Shown: in pieces, positions 40,662 through 51,150 of the stretch
How positions within the stretch are numbered: position 1 is the first letter of the stretch
Layout of the letters: each line of letters starts with the position of its first letter
From: an uncultured Desulfurococcaceae archaeon
Lineage (GTDB): Archaea > Thermoproteota > Thermoprotei_A > Sulfolobales > NBVN01
Length of the DNA: 64,000 bases
Assembly (NCBI GenBank): GCA_964627805.1
Contig: CAZVLA010000004.1
Span: 5,310 to 69,309, forward strand
Direction: 5' to 3'
Position numbers and translations under genes: made by a program
Notes under the pieces: generated by a model
The model's input: only the letters and a program-made list of their open reading frames with translations
Told to the model about the DNA's origin: nothing
Database searches by the model: none

Positions 40662-42001
40662 AGGGATTAGAGAAGCTTAAGGAACTCGTAGCTGGTTTTT
40701 TAAGGAGTAATCAACCATATAGGAAAGCAGTTAATTCATTCATTAAGGAATTACAGAAGACACTAATTAAGGCAGACGTCAATGTAAGGGTGGTTCTTGA
40801 ATTAACTAAGAAGATCCGTGAGAAGGCGTTAGAGTCTGAACCACCGCCTGGTGTACTTAAGAATGAATGGTTCGTTAAGGTAGTTTATGACTGCTTAACA
40901 GAGCTCTTCGGTGGTGAAGCAGTAAATACCTTACCTAAGAAGCTACCGTGGATTATAATGCTTGTAGGTATACAGGGTAGTGGTAAAACCACAACAGCTG
41001 GTAAGTTAGCACTCTATTACAAGAAGAAAGGTTATAGGCCAGGACTAATAACTACGGACACCTACAGACCAGCTGCTTACGAGCAATTACTTCAGATATC
41101 TAAGGCTATAGGCGTCCCCTTCTACGGGGAGAAAGGGAGTAAGGACCCCGTAGGTATTGCTGTTAGGGGTGTTAAGGAAATGCTTAGGAGGAACGTCAAC
41201 GTAGTAATAGTAGATACTGCGGGTAGGCACGGATATGGTGAGGAGAAGGCATTACTTGATGAGATGGAGGCGTTAGCTAAGGCCATAAAACCTGATGAGG
41301 TCATGTTAGTAATTGATGCGTACATGGGTCAGAAGGCGTATGACCTAGCTAGGAGGTTTCATGAGAGGACACCAATAGGTTCAATAATAATAACTAAGTT
41401 AGATGGTACGGCTAAGGGTGGTGGAGCGATATCAGCGGTAGCAGCTACTGGTGCTCGGATTAAGTTCGTAGGTGATGGTGAGAAACTAGAGGATTTTGAG
41501 GAGTTCAATCCTAAGAGGTTCGTAGCTAGGATATTAGGGTTAGGTGATTTAGAGTCGCTACTGGAGAAGTTTAAGGCGTTAGAGGAGAGTAGGGAACTGC
41601 AGAAGAGACTTGAGAAAGCAATGGTTACGGGTAAGTTAACTATGAGGGACTTATATGCTCAGATAAAGTCGATAAGGAAGTTAGGTCCCTTAAGGAAGGT
41701 ACTACAGCTAATACCTGGGCTCTCCATGATCACTCTTGAGGATGACATGCTTAGAATGTCTGAGAGGAAGATGGATAAGTGGTTACACATAATAGAGTCT
41801 ATGACTTATGAGGAACTAGATAATCCGTCAATCATTGATAGGAAGCGCATGAGGAGAATAGCTATAGGTTCAGGAACTACCGTTGAGGATGTTAAGGAGC
41901 TACTCAACTACTACGAAATGACTAAGAGAATGCTTAGAGATATAAAGAGGAGGCGTGGCTTACTTAGGAAACTGGGGTTAGAGGGTATTGGAGGAGCTTA
42001 A
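40658..42001 (+). CDS. srp54: signal recognition particle protein SRP54
   Basis: NG domain motifs [15 protein letters not shown] and TKLDG, plus a Met-rich M domain. Confidence 0.95.
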   Translation: MKGLEKLKELVAGFLRSNQPYRKAVNSFIKELQKTLIKADVNVRVVLELTKKIREKALESEPPPGVLKNEWFVKVVYDCLTELFGGEAVNTLPKKLPWIIMLVGIQGSGKTTTAGKLALYYKKKGYRPGLITTDTYRPAAYEQLLQISKAIGVPFYGEKGSKDPVGIAVRGVKEMLRRNVNVVIVDTAGRHGYGEEKALLDEMEALAKAIKPDEVMLVIDAYMGQKAYDLARRFHERTPIGSIIITKLDGTAKGGGAISAVAATGARIKFVGDGEKLEDFEEFNPKRFVARILGLGDLESLLEKFKALEESRELQKRLEKAMVTGKLTMRDLYAQIKSIRKLGPLRKVLQLIPGLSMITLEDDMLRMSERKMDKWLHIIESMTYEELDNPSIIDRKRMRRIAIGSGTTVEDVKELLNYYEMTKRMLRDIKRRRGLLRKLGLEGIGGA

Positions 42002-43301
42002 GGGAGTAAATGAAGAAGTACTTAGCATAGTAAGGAAATCGCTAGAGGTACTGAGTAGGTACCCACTATGTGATAGGTGCTTAGGTAGGTTATTTGCCAG
42101 ATACGGTTTAGGTGTAGATAATAAGTTAAGAGGTAAAGCAATTAAGACGTTACTTCTAATGACACTACATAAGGAAGTTGAGAGGGGGGTACTAAGTCCG
42201 GATGCCGTAAATGATGTTATAAGGAACTCCGGCTATCCGCTAATTAACTTACGTGGGTTAATAGCTAAGGAGAATTTAGGGACCGTTAAGTGCTACATAT
42301 GTAACAATGAATTGGACATACTGATAGGTGAAGCCGCTATAAAGGCATCAAGTAAGTTGGGATCTCTAGATGTAAGAACATTTCTAGTGGGTGTTAGGGC
42401 TGGGTCCTTAATGGAGCGAAGAGAGGCGGAGATTGTCGAGTCGTTAGGCATTGAGAGTTGGGAGAGTATTAGAAGGGAGGTTAAGCGGGAGGTAGGTAAG
42501 GCTATTCAAAGACTAACTGGATTAAGACCGAACTTCAAAGAACCTGACGCATTAGTTATTATTGACTTGGATCGTAGGGATGTTGAAGTTAATGTATATC
42601 CACTATACCTATTAGGTAGATACCTAAAGTTAGGTAGGTACATATCCCAGATGGACTGGGTACTTAAGGACGGTAGTTTAAAGTATGAGTTATCTATAGA
42701 GACTGTATGTAGGGAATTAGCCAGAGCATTAGGGGGTAAGGAGGTAGTAATTCACGCGGCGGGTAGGGAGGACGTAGATGTTAGGATGCTAGGTAATGGT
42801 AGACCGTTAGTTATTGAGGTTAAGGAGCCTATTAAGAGGTATGTAGACTATGATAGGATAGCTAGGGAAGTAAGTAGTAGGTTTAACAATTGGGTTAAGT
42901 TAATTATTAAGGAGTCAGTTCCGCCATCCATAGTTACTAAGGTTAAGGAGGAGGTACACCAAAAGAACTACCTAGCAGTAACGTATGTTGAGGAGGGTAT
43001 AAGTGATGAAGACGTAAATAAGATCAAGAATACCTTTAAGAACTTAAGTGTGCGTCAATTAACGCCTTTGAGGGTATTAAGAAGAAGGAAAGAGGTATTA
43101 AGGATTAAGAGGGTCTATGAGGTTGACGGTATTAAGCTAAGTGATCGATTAGCTGCTTTCTTAATCAGGTGTGATGGGGGGCTCTATGTCAAGGAATTAA
43201 TTAATGGTGATAAGGGAAGAACCGAGCCCAGCTTCTCGTCGGTACTCGGTAAGAGTATCGAGGTAGTGTCGCTGGACGTTATTCACTACCTAGGGTTTTA
43301 A
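41988..43301 (+). CDS. pus10: tRNA pseudouridine synthase Pus10
   Basis: N-terminal CDRCLGRLFA zinc motif, THUMP-like middle, and catalytic block GREDVDVRMLGNGRPLVIEV. Confidence 0.8.
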   Translation: MEELKGVNEEVLSIVRKSLEVLSRYPLCDRCLGRLFARYGLGVDNKLRGKAIKTLLLMTLHKEVERGVLSPDAVNDVIRNSGYPLINLRGLIAKENLGTVKCYICNNELDILIGEAAIKASSKLGSLDVRTFLVGVRAGSLMERREAEIVESLGIESWESIRREVKREVGKAIQRLTGLRPNFKEPDALVIIDLDRRDVEVNVYPLYLLGRYLKLGRYISQMDWVLKDGSLKYELSIETVCRELARALGGKEVVIHAAGREDVDVRMLGNGRPLVIEVKEPIKRYVDYDRIAREVSSRFNNWVKLIIKESVPPSIVTKVKEEVHQKNYLAVTYVEEGISDEDVNKIKNTFKNLSVRQLTPLRVLRRRKEVLRIKRVYEVDGIKLSDRLAAFLIRCDGGLYVKELINGDKGRTEPSFSSVLGKSIEVVSLDVIHYLGF

Positions 43302-43363
43302 CTTAGCGGACTCGGTAGTTACCCTTTTAAGCCCTAATTAAGTCTCTGACGTGGTGTGGTAGT

Positions 43364-43663
43364 GTGGTTAAGGCTTCAAAGGGCTTTAGGCATAGGACTA
43401 GGAAGTTACTTAGGAAGAGCGTGAGGGAGAAGGGTGCAGTACCCCCGCTGAGCTTGCTAATGATCGAGTATAAGGTAGGTGATAAGGTGTACATAAAGCC
43501 TAACCCAGCAATTCATGAGGCAATGCCTCATAGGAGGTATGTGGGTAAGGTGGGTACTATAATAGGTAAGAGGGGTAGAGCTTACATAGTTGAAGTCTAC
43601 TTAGGTGATAAAAGGAAGGAGTTAATAGTGGTTCCAGAGCATTTAAGGCCTGTTAAGTCTTAA
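43364..43663 (+). CDS. rpl21e: 50S ribosomal protein L21e
   Basis: MVKASKGFRHRTRKLLRK...GDKVYIKPNPA..MPHRRYVGKVGTI. Confidence 0.9.
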   Translation: MVKASKGFRHRTRKLLRKSVREKGAVPPLSLLMIEYKVGDKVYIKPNPAIHEAMPHRRYVGKVGTIIGKRGRAYIVEVYLGDKRKELIVVPEHLRPVKS

Positions 43664-44381
43664 TTGAGTATTTAATTCTCTTAAACAACTTATAAAGCAC
43701 AGTGATTTCTGCCTTAGTGACTTTAGATCTGAAGAGTATGTGTTTCATAGCTATTGAAGCACCGTCAACACCTAAGGAACTCTCTACGTCCCTAATAATG
43801 TTGATTACGTACCTAATCTTCTCGGTATCTGCCTCTTCAGTAAGTACGTACTTAGGGGCTGATTCACTACTTAGTAATGAATATAATATGATGGCTACAG
43901 CATGTGATAAGTTCATCGTTGGGTAGTTAGTGCCGGTATCTATAGTAACTACTAAATCACATAAGGCAAGTTCATCTCTACGTAACCCAACACTCTCCCT
44001 GCCAAAGACTAGCGCTATATCCCCCTTAGAGGGTACTACTAAACTTAAGTAATTACTACTTACTGCCTGCCTCAATACGTCAGACTCGCACATTCCCTTA
44101 GCGGTGGTGCATATACTGAAGCTAAAATTACTTAAGCATGTCCTAAAGTCATTAAGTACCCTAATAACGTCCGTGTCAAGTAAGTCACAAGCTTGTGCAG
44201 CGAATCTACATACTTCGTCCTTAGAAGCTCCGAATAAGTCGAATTTAGGGTTAATGATGTAGAGTCTCCTTAATCCAAAATTCTTCACTAATCTAATTAT
44301 GAAGCCTAAATTAATAGCGCCCTCAGGCTCAACTAGTACGATCCCTAACCTACTCCTAATATCCCTAAAACTCAACGCCAC
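43653..44381 (-). CDS. SpoU/TrmH-class RNA 2'-O-methyltransferase (TrmJ-like)
   Basis: IVLVEPEGAINLGFIIRLVKNFG, LVFGRESVGLRRDELALCDLVVTI, and NLSHAVAIILYSL. Confidence 0.7.
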   Translation of the reverse strand: MALSFRDIRSRLGIVLVEPEGAINLGFIIRLVKNFGLRRLYIINPKFDLFGASKDEVCRFAAQACDLLDTDVIRVLNDFRTCLSNFSFSICTTAKGMCESDVLRQAVSSNYLSLVVPSKGDIALVFGRESVGLRRDELALCDLVVTIDTGTNYPTMNLSHAVAIILYSLLSSESAPKYVLTEEADTEKIRYVINIIRDVESSLGVDGASIAMKHILFRSKVTKAEITVLYKLFKRIKYSIKT

Positions 44382-45048
44382 TCCTCTCTAGTTCTTTGTA
44401 TATTTTCTCTAAATAGTTAAGGAACACCGCACCTCCTACGTTAGGAGGCGGTTCAACGAACAGGTAGTAACGCTCCTCACCCTTTATTTCCCTGATTATT
44501 CTCTCAGTAATAGCTACTAATGGATCAGGTGCTTTACCGCGATTCCTTATGTCCTCAAAACTTTCAAAGGGTTTCCTTCTCCTCTCCTCAAGTATTGCCC
44601 ACATTGTTTTCTTACCTATACCCGGTATCAACTCAAGTGCATGTAGCTTTATTGTTAGGGGTGATGCTATATTGAAGAACGTTACAAACACCTTCTCCTT
44701 CTCAGCGACTATCTTCTTAACGGCTTCAGGTAGGTATGACTTAGCGACAGCACTTAACTCATCGTAAGTTAATGGTTCACCCCAGACATAATCAACCTTA
44801 TCTCTTAACTCCTTGAACCTAAAGCTAATGCATACCTTCTCACCCTGCCTTAAGTGAACACCGAACTTAGGGTGAAACTCAACCAACGTAAAATACTTAT
44901 CACCTATGGCCTGAGCTATGGGCCGCGTCCTATGTGAGGGGTGATGGGTATCAACTGGATTACCTTCAGGCATGTAATCAAGTACTATAGCGTAGTCCTC
45001 ACGCATAACTCTACGACTTAATCTCCTATGTGGCTTTGGTACAGGCAT
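44365..45048 (-). CDS. DUF655 protein (OB + HhH nucleic-acid-binding)
   Basis: YAIVLDYMPEGNP..PIAQAIGDKYFTLVEF...LELIPGIGKKTMWAILEERRRKPFESFEDI..ERYYLFV. Confidence 0.7.
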   Translation of the reverse strand: MPVPKPHRRLSRRVMREDYAIVLDYMPEGNPVDTHHPSHRTRPIAQAIGDKYFTLVEFHPKFGVHLRQGEKVCISFRFKELRDKVDYVWGEPLTYDELSAVAKSYLPEAVKKIVAEKEKVFVTFFNIASPLTIKLHALELIPGIGKKTMWAILEERRRKPFESFEDIRNRGKAPDPLVAITERIIREIKGEERYYLFVEPPPNVGGAVFLNYLEKIYKELERSGVEF

Positions 45049-45091
45049 AACTCATCACTAATTAAGACTCATTTAATTACGGGTAGGGCGA

Positions 45092-45424
45092 TTAATCACT
45101 CTCTAAGCAGAACTCCTTAACCTTACTTAATATACTCCCGATATCCTCACTACTTAATGATCTACTCTCAAAATTCAGTAATATCCTAACTTCATCTGGG
45201 TCCTTAGGTACTATATTAGCTATCATTACGGCAGTAATTTCTAATAGACCCATTTTCTTTAATTCTTTAACGAGTTCTTCAGCTCTACTACACTTACTAA
45301 ATTTCTCTGCGTATTCATGAACTCTAACGGTTATTTGATCGACTGGGTACTTACTATCACGTAACTTACCTATTATTTTATACACTTCAGAGTATGTGAT
45401 ATTTCTGTAATTCACTATCCTCAT
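45092..45424 (-). CDS. rpoF: DNA-directed RNA polymerase subunit F (Rpo4/Rpb4-like)
   Basis: 110 aa. ..KCSRAEELVKELKKM..ITAVMIANIVPKDPDEVRILL...SSEDIGSIL parallels Sulfolobus RpoF. The L21e-RpoF-DUF655 neighbourhood is conserved. Confidence 0.7.
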   Translation of the reverse strand: MRIVNYRNITYSEVYKIIGKLRDSKYPVDQITVRVHEYAEKFSKCSRAEELVKELKKMGLLEITAVMIANIVPKDPDEVRILLNFESRSLSSEDIGSILSKVKEFCLESD

Positions 45425-45561
45425 GCTTTTACCTCCTACCCTACCACAAGAGTTACCGTTAATTTATTTAAAAGTTAGTATTATTACTTGTTAGTAAATT
45501 ATTGGTTCATTAAGGAAACGTTAATATATCCCTAGAGGTTACCTAAGCCTAGGTGTGGTGC

Positions 45562-46068
45562 ATGCCATTAAGACCTGCGAGGTGCTATAAGGAGCTTAAG
45601 AAGCCTCCATACACTAGGAAGGAGTACATAGATGGTGTGCCACCGCCAAAGATATCTAAGTTCGTAATGGGTAACCCACACGGCGACTACGAAATCAAGG
45701 TTGAGTTAGTCTCACTAGAGAATGCACAGATAAGGCATAATGCACTCGAGGCTGGTAGGATAATAGCTCATAAGTACCTAAGCAAGAACGTAGGTGAGGA
45801 GAAGTACCTCTTCATCATTAGGCAGTACCCCCACCACGTAATAAGAGAGAATAAGATGATGGCATTCGCAGGTGCAGATAGGCTTCAGGAGGGCATGAGG
45901 CAAGCATTCGGTAAGCCCGTAGGTACTGCAGCTAGGGTTAAGATGGGTAGTGTAATAGCTGAGGTAAGGTTAAGTAAGTCAGCGTTCCCGCACGCTAAGG
46001 AGGCGTTAAGGAGGTTCGCTAGTAAGTTAGGGATTAGGTGGACACTCAAAGTTACTGAATTAAAGTAA
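45562..46068 (+). CDS. rpl10e: 50S ribosomal protein L10e (uL16)
   Basis: [22 protein letters not shown]. Start set at ATG 45562. Confidence 0.9.
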   Translation: MPLRPARCYKELKKPPYTRKEYIDGVPPPKISKFVMGNPHGDYEIKVELVSLENAQIRHNALEAGRIIAHKYLSKNVGEEKYLFIIRQYPHHVIRENKMMAFAGADRLQEGMRQAFGKPVGTAARVKMGSVIAEVRLSKSAFPHAKEALRRFASKLGIRWTLKVTELK

Positions 46069-46078
46069 CTTTGTTAAA

Positions 46079-47095
46079 GTGGTAATGATTAAGTTAACAG
46101 ATTTTTACTACGTGCCCGTAGATGACCTACGTAAAGTAATTAAGGAGAGAAGACCATCTAAAGTACTCATTCAATTACCTGAAGGCTTAAAGAGGCTCTC
46201 TTGGGAGGTTGAGGAACTCATTAAGCAGTACTCTAGAGAATTAGGTAGTGAGTTAATAGTCGATATTGATGGTAGCCCACTCTTTGGTTCATGTATGATA
46301 AATCTCGACGTAATTAAGGACTACGACTTAGTAATACACATGGGTCATGATCCGTACCCCTACACACCTAGATTCAGTAACGTAGTCTATATTGAATTAC
46401 TTAGTAAGTTAGTATTAAGTAAGGACTTAATCGATGGGATCCATTCATTACTAAGCGAATTAAGTGTCAGGAATATAGCATTACTTACTACGCAACAACA
46501 TAAGAACCTACTTAAAACATTACGTAAGGTATTAAGTAATGACTTCAACGTACTAATACCTAAGAATCCCGTAGTTACTGGGTGTTTAATACCTCGTGAA
46601 GGTAAGGACTTACCTAATGGAGTTGAGGCGTACTTAGTCATTGCTGGTGGTTCGTTTCATGCGTTAGGTGTAGGTCTTAGCCTAAGAGCTTTAAAACCAG
46701 TAGTAAGGATTGACCCTTACTCGGCAGTCGTTAATGAGGTTAGTAATGAGGTTAGGAAGCTACTTATGAAGCGTGAGTGGAGGGTTCATGAAGCATGTAG
46801 TGCCAGTACGTGGTTAGTAGTATCAGGTATTAGTGGTCAGTACAGACCCTACATACTTAAGAAGCTCTTTAAGTTACTTAATGAACGCAGGCTTAGGTAT
46901 AGCCACGTAAGGATGCCTTACTTAACGATTAATGAGTTAAGGAACGTTGATAGTGATTATTATGACGCTATAGTGATTACTTCATGCCCACGCATACCTA
47001 TAGATGACATAAGTAAATATCCTAAACCCGTACTAACACCAGGAGAGGCATTTAAGGCGTTAGGAGCTATTAACGAGTATGTGTATCCGTGGTAG
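46079..47095 (+). CDS. dph2: diphthamide synthesis protein Dph2 (2-(3-amino-3-carboxypropyl)histidine synthase)
   Basis: VLIQLPEGLKR, GSCMIN, three-domain size of about 335 aa, conserved Cys residues (GC..., TSCPR). Confidence 0.75.
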   Translation: MVMIKLTDFYYVPVDDLRKVIKERRPSKVLIQLPEGLKRLSWEVEELIKQYSRELGSELIVDIDGSPLFGSCMINLDVIKDYDLVIHMGHDPYPYTPRFSNVVYIELLSKLVLSKDLIDGIHSLLSELSVRNIALLTTQQHKNLLKTLRKVLSNDFNVLIPKNPVVTGCLIPREGKDLPNGVEAYLVIAGGSFHALGVGLSLRALKPVVRIDPYSAVVNEVSNEVRKLLMKREWRVHEACSASTWLVVSGISGQYRPYILKKLFKLLNERRLRYSHVRMPYLTINELRNVDSDYYDAIVITSCPRIPIDDISKYPKPVLTPGEAFKALGAINEYVYPW

Positions 47096-47729
47096 TATGA
47101 GGCTTAAGGAGCTTGAACTAATGCTTGAGGAGGTCCCTAACTTCATAGAACCTAATGAATACTTAGAGCAGTACGTAACACCTTCAAGTATAGCTGCGTA
47201 TATCCTATGGCAGGCATACATGTCAGGAGATATAGAGGGTAGGAGAGTTATTGATCTAGGCTGCGGTACTGGTGTGTTTACTTACGGAGCTTCATTACTA
47301 GGTGCTAAGGAAGTACTCTGTATTGATCTAGATCCTAAGGCGTTAGGTCAAGCTAGATCCTTCATAACGAAACACTACTTAGGTTCTATAATTCATTACA
47401 TAATCTGCGACATACGTTCAGCTCTAGCGATTAGACCTAGTAGATCCTGTACCGTAATAATGAATCCACCATTTGGGATTAAGTCCAGAGGTGCTGATAT
47501 GGATTTCTTAAGGGTAGCTACCGAGTTATGCGACACTATATACTCCATACACAAGTACAGTGAGGGTTTCATTAATCTATTACGTAACCTATGTGAGGAT
47601 CGCGGATGTATGTACTCAATAGTAAGTAAGGTGTTATTTCCGATAAGGTATTTCCTAAAGCATCATAGAAGGAAAGTGTATTACGTCGACGCTGTGATAG
47701 TTAAGCTCCGAAAGTCTAAGGAGATTTAA
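47079..47729 (+). CDS. METTL5-like class I SAM-dependent methyltransferase
   Basis: LEQY.TP, SAM motif VIDLGCGTGVF, and catalytic NPPFG. Confidence 0.6.
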   Translation: MCIRGSMRLKELELMLEEVPNFIEPNEYLEQYVTPSSIAAYILWQAYMSGDIEGRRVIDLGCGTGVFTYGASLLGAKEVLCIDLDPKALGQARSFITKHYLGSIIHYIICDIRSALAIRPSRSCTVIMNPPFGIKSRGADMDFLRVATELCDTIYSIHKYSEGFINLLRNLCEDRGCMYSIVSKVLFPIRYFLKHHRRKVYYVDAVIVKLRKSKEI

Positions 47730-47772
47730 TACTAGTTCAATACCTTAATTATTAGGTTACGGGTGAGGACGT

Positions 47773-48369
47773 GTGGGTAGACTAGACGAAATAGTTAGTA
47801 AGAGAGTGGTTCCGGGTGATGAAGTATGTATAATTGAGGAGTTCCTACCTGGTATAGGGACTTACGAGAGTAGCGGTATCGTAAGGTCGGCCTTCATTGG
47901 TGAGGTAAGTATTGATATGAACATACGTGTAGTTAGTGTTAAACCTAGGGTTAGGGTACCTACATTACCTACGAAAGGTGTGGTAGTGTATGGTGTCGTA
48001 GCTGTCGTTAAGGATGAGTACGCCATAGTAAGGATATTGGCGGAGGCTAACGGGCATAAGTATCAGAACGTATTTACTGGCTTATTACACATAACTCAAG
48101 CGAGTGAAGGGTATGTTAAGAACCTATACGATGTACTTAGGGTAGGTGATTTAGTTAAGGCTAAGGTACTAAATGATAACCCACCATATAACTTAACCAT
48201 TAGGGACCGTAAGTTGGGGGTCTTACTGGCCTTCTGCGGTAACTGTGGCTTAACCTTAGATAAGTCAAATAACGATACCCTAAAGTGCAGAAGGTGCGGT
48301 AATATTGAGAAGAGAAAATTAAGTATTGACTACGGTAAGATTAAGGGCCTAATAGGATGGGGTCGGTAA
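47773..48369 (+). CDS. csl4: exosome RNA-binding subunit Csl4
   Basis: VVPGDEVCIIEEFLPGIGTYE, S1-like central domain, and C-terminal zinc ribbon CGNCG...CRRCG. Confidence 0.75.
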   Translation: MGRLDEIVSKRVVPGDEVCIIEEFLPGIGTYESSGIVRSAFIGEVSIDMNIRVVSVKPRVRVPTLPTKGVVVYGVVAVVKDEYAIVRILAEANGHKYQNVFTGLLHITQASEGYVKNLYDVLRVGDLVKAKVLNDNPPYNLTIRDRKLGVLLAFCGNCGLTLDKSNNDTLKCRRCGNIEKRKLSIDYGKIKGLIGWGR

Positions 48370-48968
48370 GCTTAATACTTAATTGCGGCAATAGGGATAA
48401 ATGCCTAGAACTACTTGATTACATACTTAATTACAGGGGGTTGAAGGGTACTTACATACAGTACTCAATAGACGATGGTAAACTGAGAATCTGGATCTCG
48501 GGTGCTGAGAGTGAAGCATTAGTAACTAAGCACGTAGTCATGAAGGCATATCGTGAGTGGAGAGCCTTAGACGCTTGGAGGAGAGGCGTTAGTGGTGTCA
48601 GTATAAACTTACTCATTAAGACTGTCGGTAAGCCGTTCGTATCAGAAGCACTTACTGAGGTACTTAAGATGCTAGGTTACGAGGCTGAGTTAAGTAGTGG
48701 TGTATTAGAGACTAATGCACCACCCGATGAAGTGGTTAGGGTGGCTAAGGAATTAGCTGAAGCACTTGAGAAGGTCGTTAAGTTTAGGCCTAGAGCCTCA
48801 TATGCTGCTAAGGCGTTAGTAACTGCGTACTCAGTAATTACTGGTAAGGACCCTCTAGAAGTCATTAAGGAGTTAGAGGATACGGGTTTTCTGGAGATTA
48901 GGGGTTATAGGGTATTAATTAAGGAGGAATGGAGGAGCTTATTAAGGAGGTTAGCCTCAAGGATTTAG
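48357..48968 (+). CDS. conserved hypothetical protein (between csl4 and rpoL)
   Basis: 203-aa ORF overlapping csl4 by 13 nt in an operon-like arrangement. No family recognised. Confidence 0.45.
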   Translation: MGSVSLILNCGNRDKCLELLDYILNYRGLKGTYIQYSIDDGKLRIWISGAESEALVTKHVVMKAYREWRALDAWRRGVSGVSINLLIKTVGKPFVSEALTEVLKMLGYEAELSSGVLETNAPPDEVVRVAKELAEALEKVVKFRPRASYAAKALVTAYSVITGKDPLEVIKELEDTGFLEIRGYRVLIKEEWRSLLRRLASRI

Positions 48969-48978
48969 GGTTAGAGAG

Positions 48979-49266
48979 ATGGAGCTAGAACTTAGGAAGA
49001 GAACTGATCGTGAGATAGTGTTTAAGATTTTAGGTGAGGATCACACACTAGGTAACTTAATAGCTAAGATGGCCCTAAGGCATCCAAACGTTGACTTAGC
49101 TGCGTACACGATCGAGCATCCCCTTGACGGGCAACCAATAGTGAGGATAATTACTGATGGTAGTAAGGACCCTGTTGAGGTTCTTTTAGAAGTACTTAAT
49201 GAGTCTAAGGAGATACTTAATGACTTACTTAGTAAGTTAAGGGCGAAGTTAGGTATTGAGGATTAG
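48979..49266 (+). CDS. rpoL: DNA-directed RNA polymerase subunit L (Rpo11)
   Basis: GEDHTLGNLIAKMAL.HP.V..AAYTIEHPL. Confidence 0.8.
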   Translation: MELELRKRTDREIVFKILGEDHTLGNLIAKMALRHPNVDLAAYTIEHPLDGQPIVRIITDGSKDPVEVLLEVLNESKEILNDLLSKLRAKLGIED

Positions 49267-49413
49267 GGTTAGATTAATTGGGGTTTTCTTGAGATTAGTC
49301 GTAACGCTTTACGTTACTTACTCTTAGGGGATGTAGTTAATAATGGTAGGGCGTAGATATACGTATTAGTACTATCTACGAAAAATGAGTAGGCAGTACC
49401 TTAGGTTGAGAGT

Positions 49414-50652
49414 ATGTACCGTGATAGAAGTATTGAGGATTACATTAAGGTCATAGGAAGGAGGGAGATTGAAGAGATTACTGAGATAGCCAAGGATTTA
49501 GAGGGTATTAGGATAGTCCATATTAACGCTACAGCTTATGGAGGAGGTGTTGCTGAGATACTAAGTAGTTTAGTACCGTTAATGAACTCTGTAGGTCTCA
49601 GGGTTAAGTGGTCAGTTATTAGGGGTGATGAGAGGTTCTTCAAAATAACTAAGAGTATACATAACGCACTACAGGGCAATAAAAGCATTAAGTTAAGTAG
49701 GGATGATATGAAGTACTACGTAGAAGTTGCCAGTAAGAATTCAGACTTAATTGATGAGAACTACGACGTAGTAGTAATTCATGATCCCCAACCATTACCT
49801 CTAGTAAGGTACAGAGGAAGTAATCACTGGTTATGGAGGTGCCACATAGATCTCTCAGATCCTAATGAGGAGGTGTGGAAAGTAATTAGTGGCTTCGTTA
49901 ATAAGTTCGACGCAGCCATCTTTACCCATGAGAAGTACGTACCTAGAGACTTAAGGGTTAGTAGGGTGTATATTAAGTGGCCAGCAATAGATCCGTTAAC
50001 TGATAAGAATAGGGACTTAAGTGAGGACGTAATTAATGAAGTATTAATTAAGTTCGATGTCGACCCTGAGAGACCGTTGATAGGTCAAGTATCGAGGTTC
50101 GATCCCTGGAAGAATACGTTGGGAGTTATAGATACGTATAGGTTAGTTAAGAAGTACTGCCCAGAAGTACAGTTAGCTATCATAGGCTCATTCGCTCACG
50201 ATGACCCCGAGGGTGAGGAGTGGTATAGGAAAACGCTTAATTACGCAGGTAGTGATAGGGATATACACATATTAACTAATAAGGACGGTGTTGGTAGTTT
50301 AGAAGTTAATGCCTTTCAAAGGGCATTCAATGTAGCGCTTCAGCTATCGATCCGTGAAGGCTTTGGATTAGCGGTTACTGAGGCATTATGGAAGGGGACG
50401 CCAGTAGTAGCTACGGCAGTTGGTGGTATACCTCTCCAAGTAATTAATGGATTCAACGGCTACTTAGTAGGTAGTGCGTCTGAGGCAGCTGCTAAGGTAA
50501 TTAAGTTATTAAGGAGACCTTGGCTAGCTAAGGTATTAGGTATTAATGGTAGGGAGCATGTAAGGAGGAACTTCCTAATAACTAGGTTACTTAAGGACTA
50601 CTTACTAATAATTAAAGAATTAATTAGTCAGACACAGGGAAGCTCCTCATAG
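49414..50652 (+). CDS. treT: trehalose glycosyltransferring synthase TreT-like GT4 glycosyltransferase
   Basis: HINATAYGGGVAEILSSLVPLMNSVGLRVKWSVIRGDERFFKITKSIHNALQGN closely parallels the TreT N-terminus. The C-terminal GT-B motif is SIREGFGLAVTEALWKGTPVV. Confidence 0.7.
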   Translation: MYRDRSIEDYIKVIGRREIEEITEIAKDLEGIRIVHINATAYGGGVAEILSSLVPLMNSVGLRVKWSVIRGDERFFKITKSIHNALQGNKSIKLSRDDMKYYVEVASKNSDLIDENYDVVVIHDPQPLPLVRYRGSNHWLWRCHIDLSDPNEEVWKVISGFVNKFDAAIFTHEKYVPRDLRVSRVYIKWPAIDPLTDKNRDLSEDVINEVLIKFDVDPERPLIGQVSRFDPWKNTLGVIDTYRLVKKYCPEVQLAIIGSFAHDDPEGEEWYRKTLNYAGSDRDIHILTNKDGVGSLEVNAFQRAFNVALQLSIREGFGLAVTEALWKGTPVVATAVGGIPLQVINGFNGYLVGSASEAAAKVIKLLRRPWLAKVLGINGREHVRRNFLITRLLKDYLLIIKELISQTQGSSS

Positions 50653-51138
50653 TTCGGTGTTGATGCGGGCTTCATCATCCACCAACGAATCTGAAACCAA
50701 CTTAACTAACCCTAACGCTTTAAGAAATGACGCGCTCAGCACGTCCAATACAGTCGTTGAGCCTTCCCTAAACACTCTATTACCTAAACTAAAGTTCCTC
50801 AGAACCTTAACAACCACATAGCCTTCAGCATCAACTAACCCTAGGAAATACGCTTTATAGAAAGTACTTACTACATCAATTAACTTAAGAAGTAGTAATT
50901 CGTCGAAACTACCTTCAGGTACGCCCACCTCTAAGGCCTTGCTAAGCCTCACCTTACTTAAAGAATTAATTACTTCATTAATAAGGGATTCGTACTTACT
51001 ACATACCTCGTCATCGAGTCTAGATAGGCACCACCAGTAACCCTCAATGACTTCTCTAGATACGCTCTCTAAATCATCACTACCTAACTTAACTAATTCC
51101 TTACTAGTTATTTCATTCCTTATTAATTCCTTAAGCAT
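50647..51138 (-). CDS. GINS subunit (Gins15/51-like)
   Basis: 163 aa, helical A domain plus a small beta B domain (VVVKVLRNFSLGNRVFREGSTTVLDVLSASFLKALGLVKLV). It sits directly downstream of priS, as in Sulfolobus. Confidence 0.5.
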   Translation of the reverse strand: MLKELIRNEITSKELVKLGSDDLESVSREVIEGYWWCLSRLDDEVCSKYESLINEVINSLSKVRLSKALEVGVPEGSFDELLLLKLIDVVSTFYKAYFLGLVDAEGYVVVKVLRNFSLGNRVFREGSTTVLDVLSASFLKALGLVKLVSDSLVDDEARINTEL

Positions 51139-51150
51139 GAACCGAGCACC

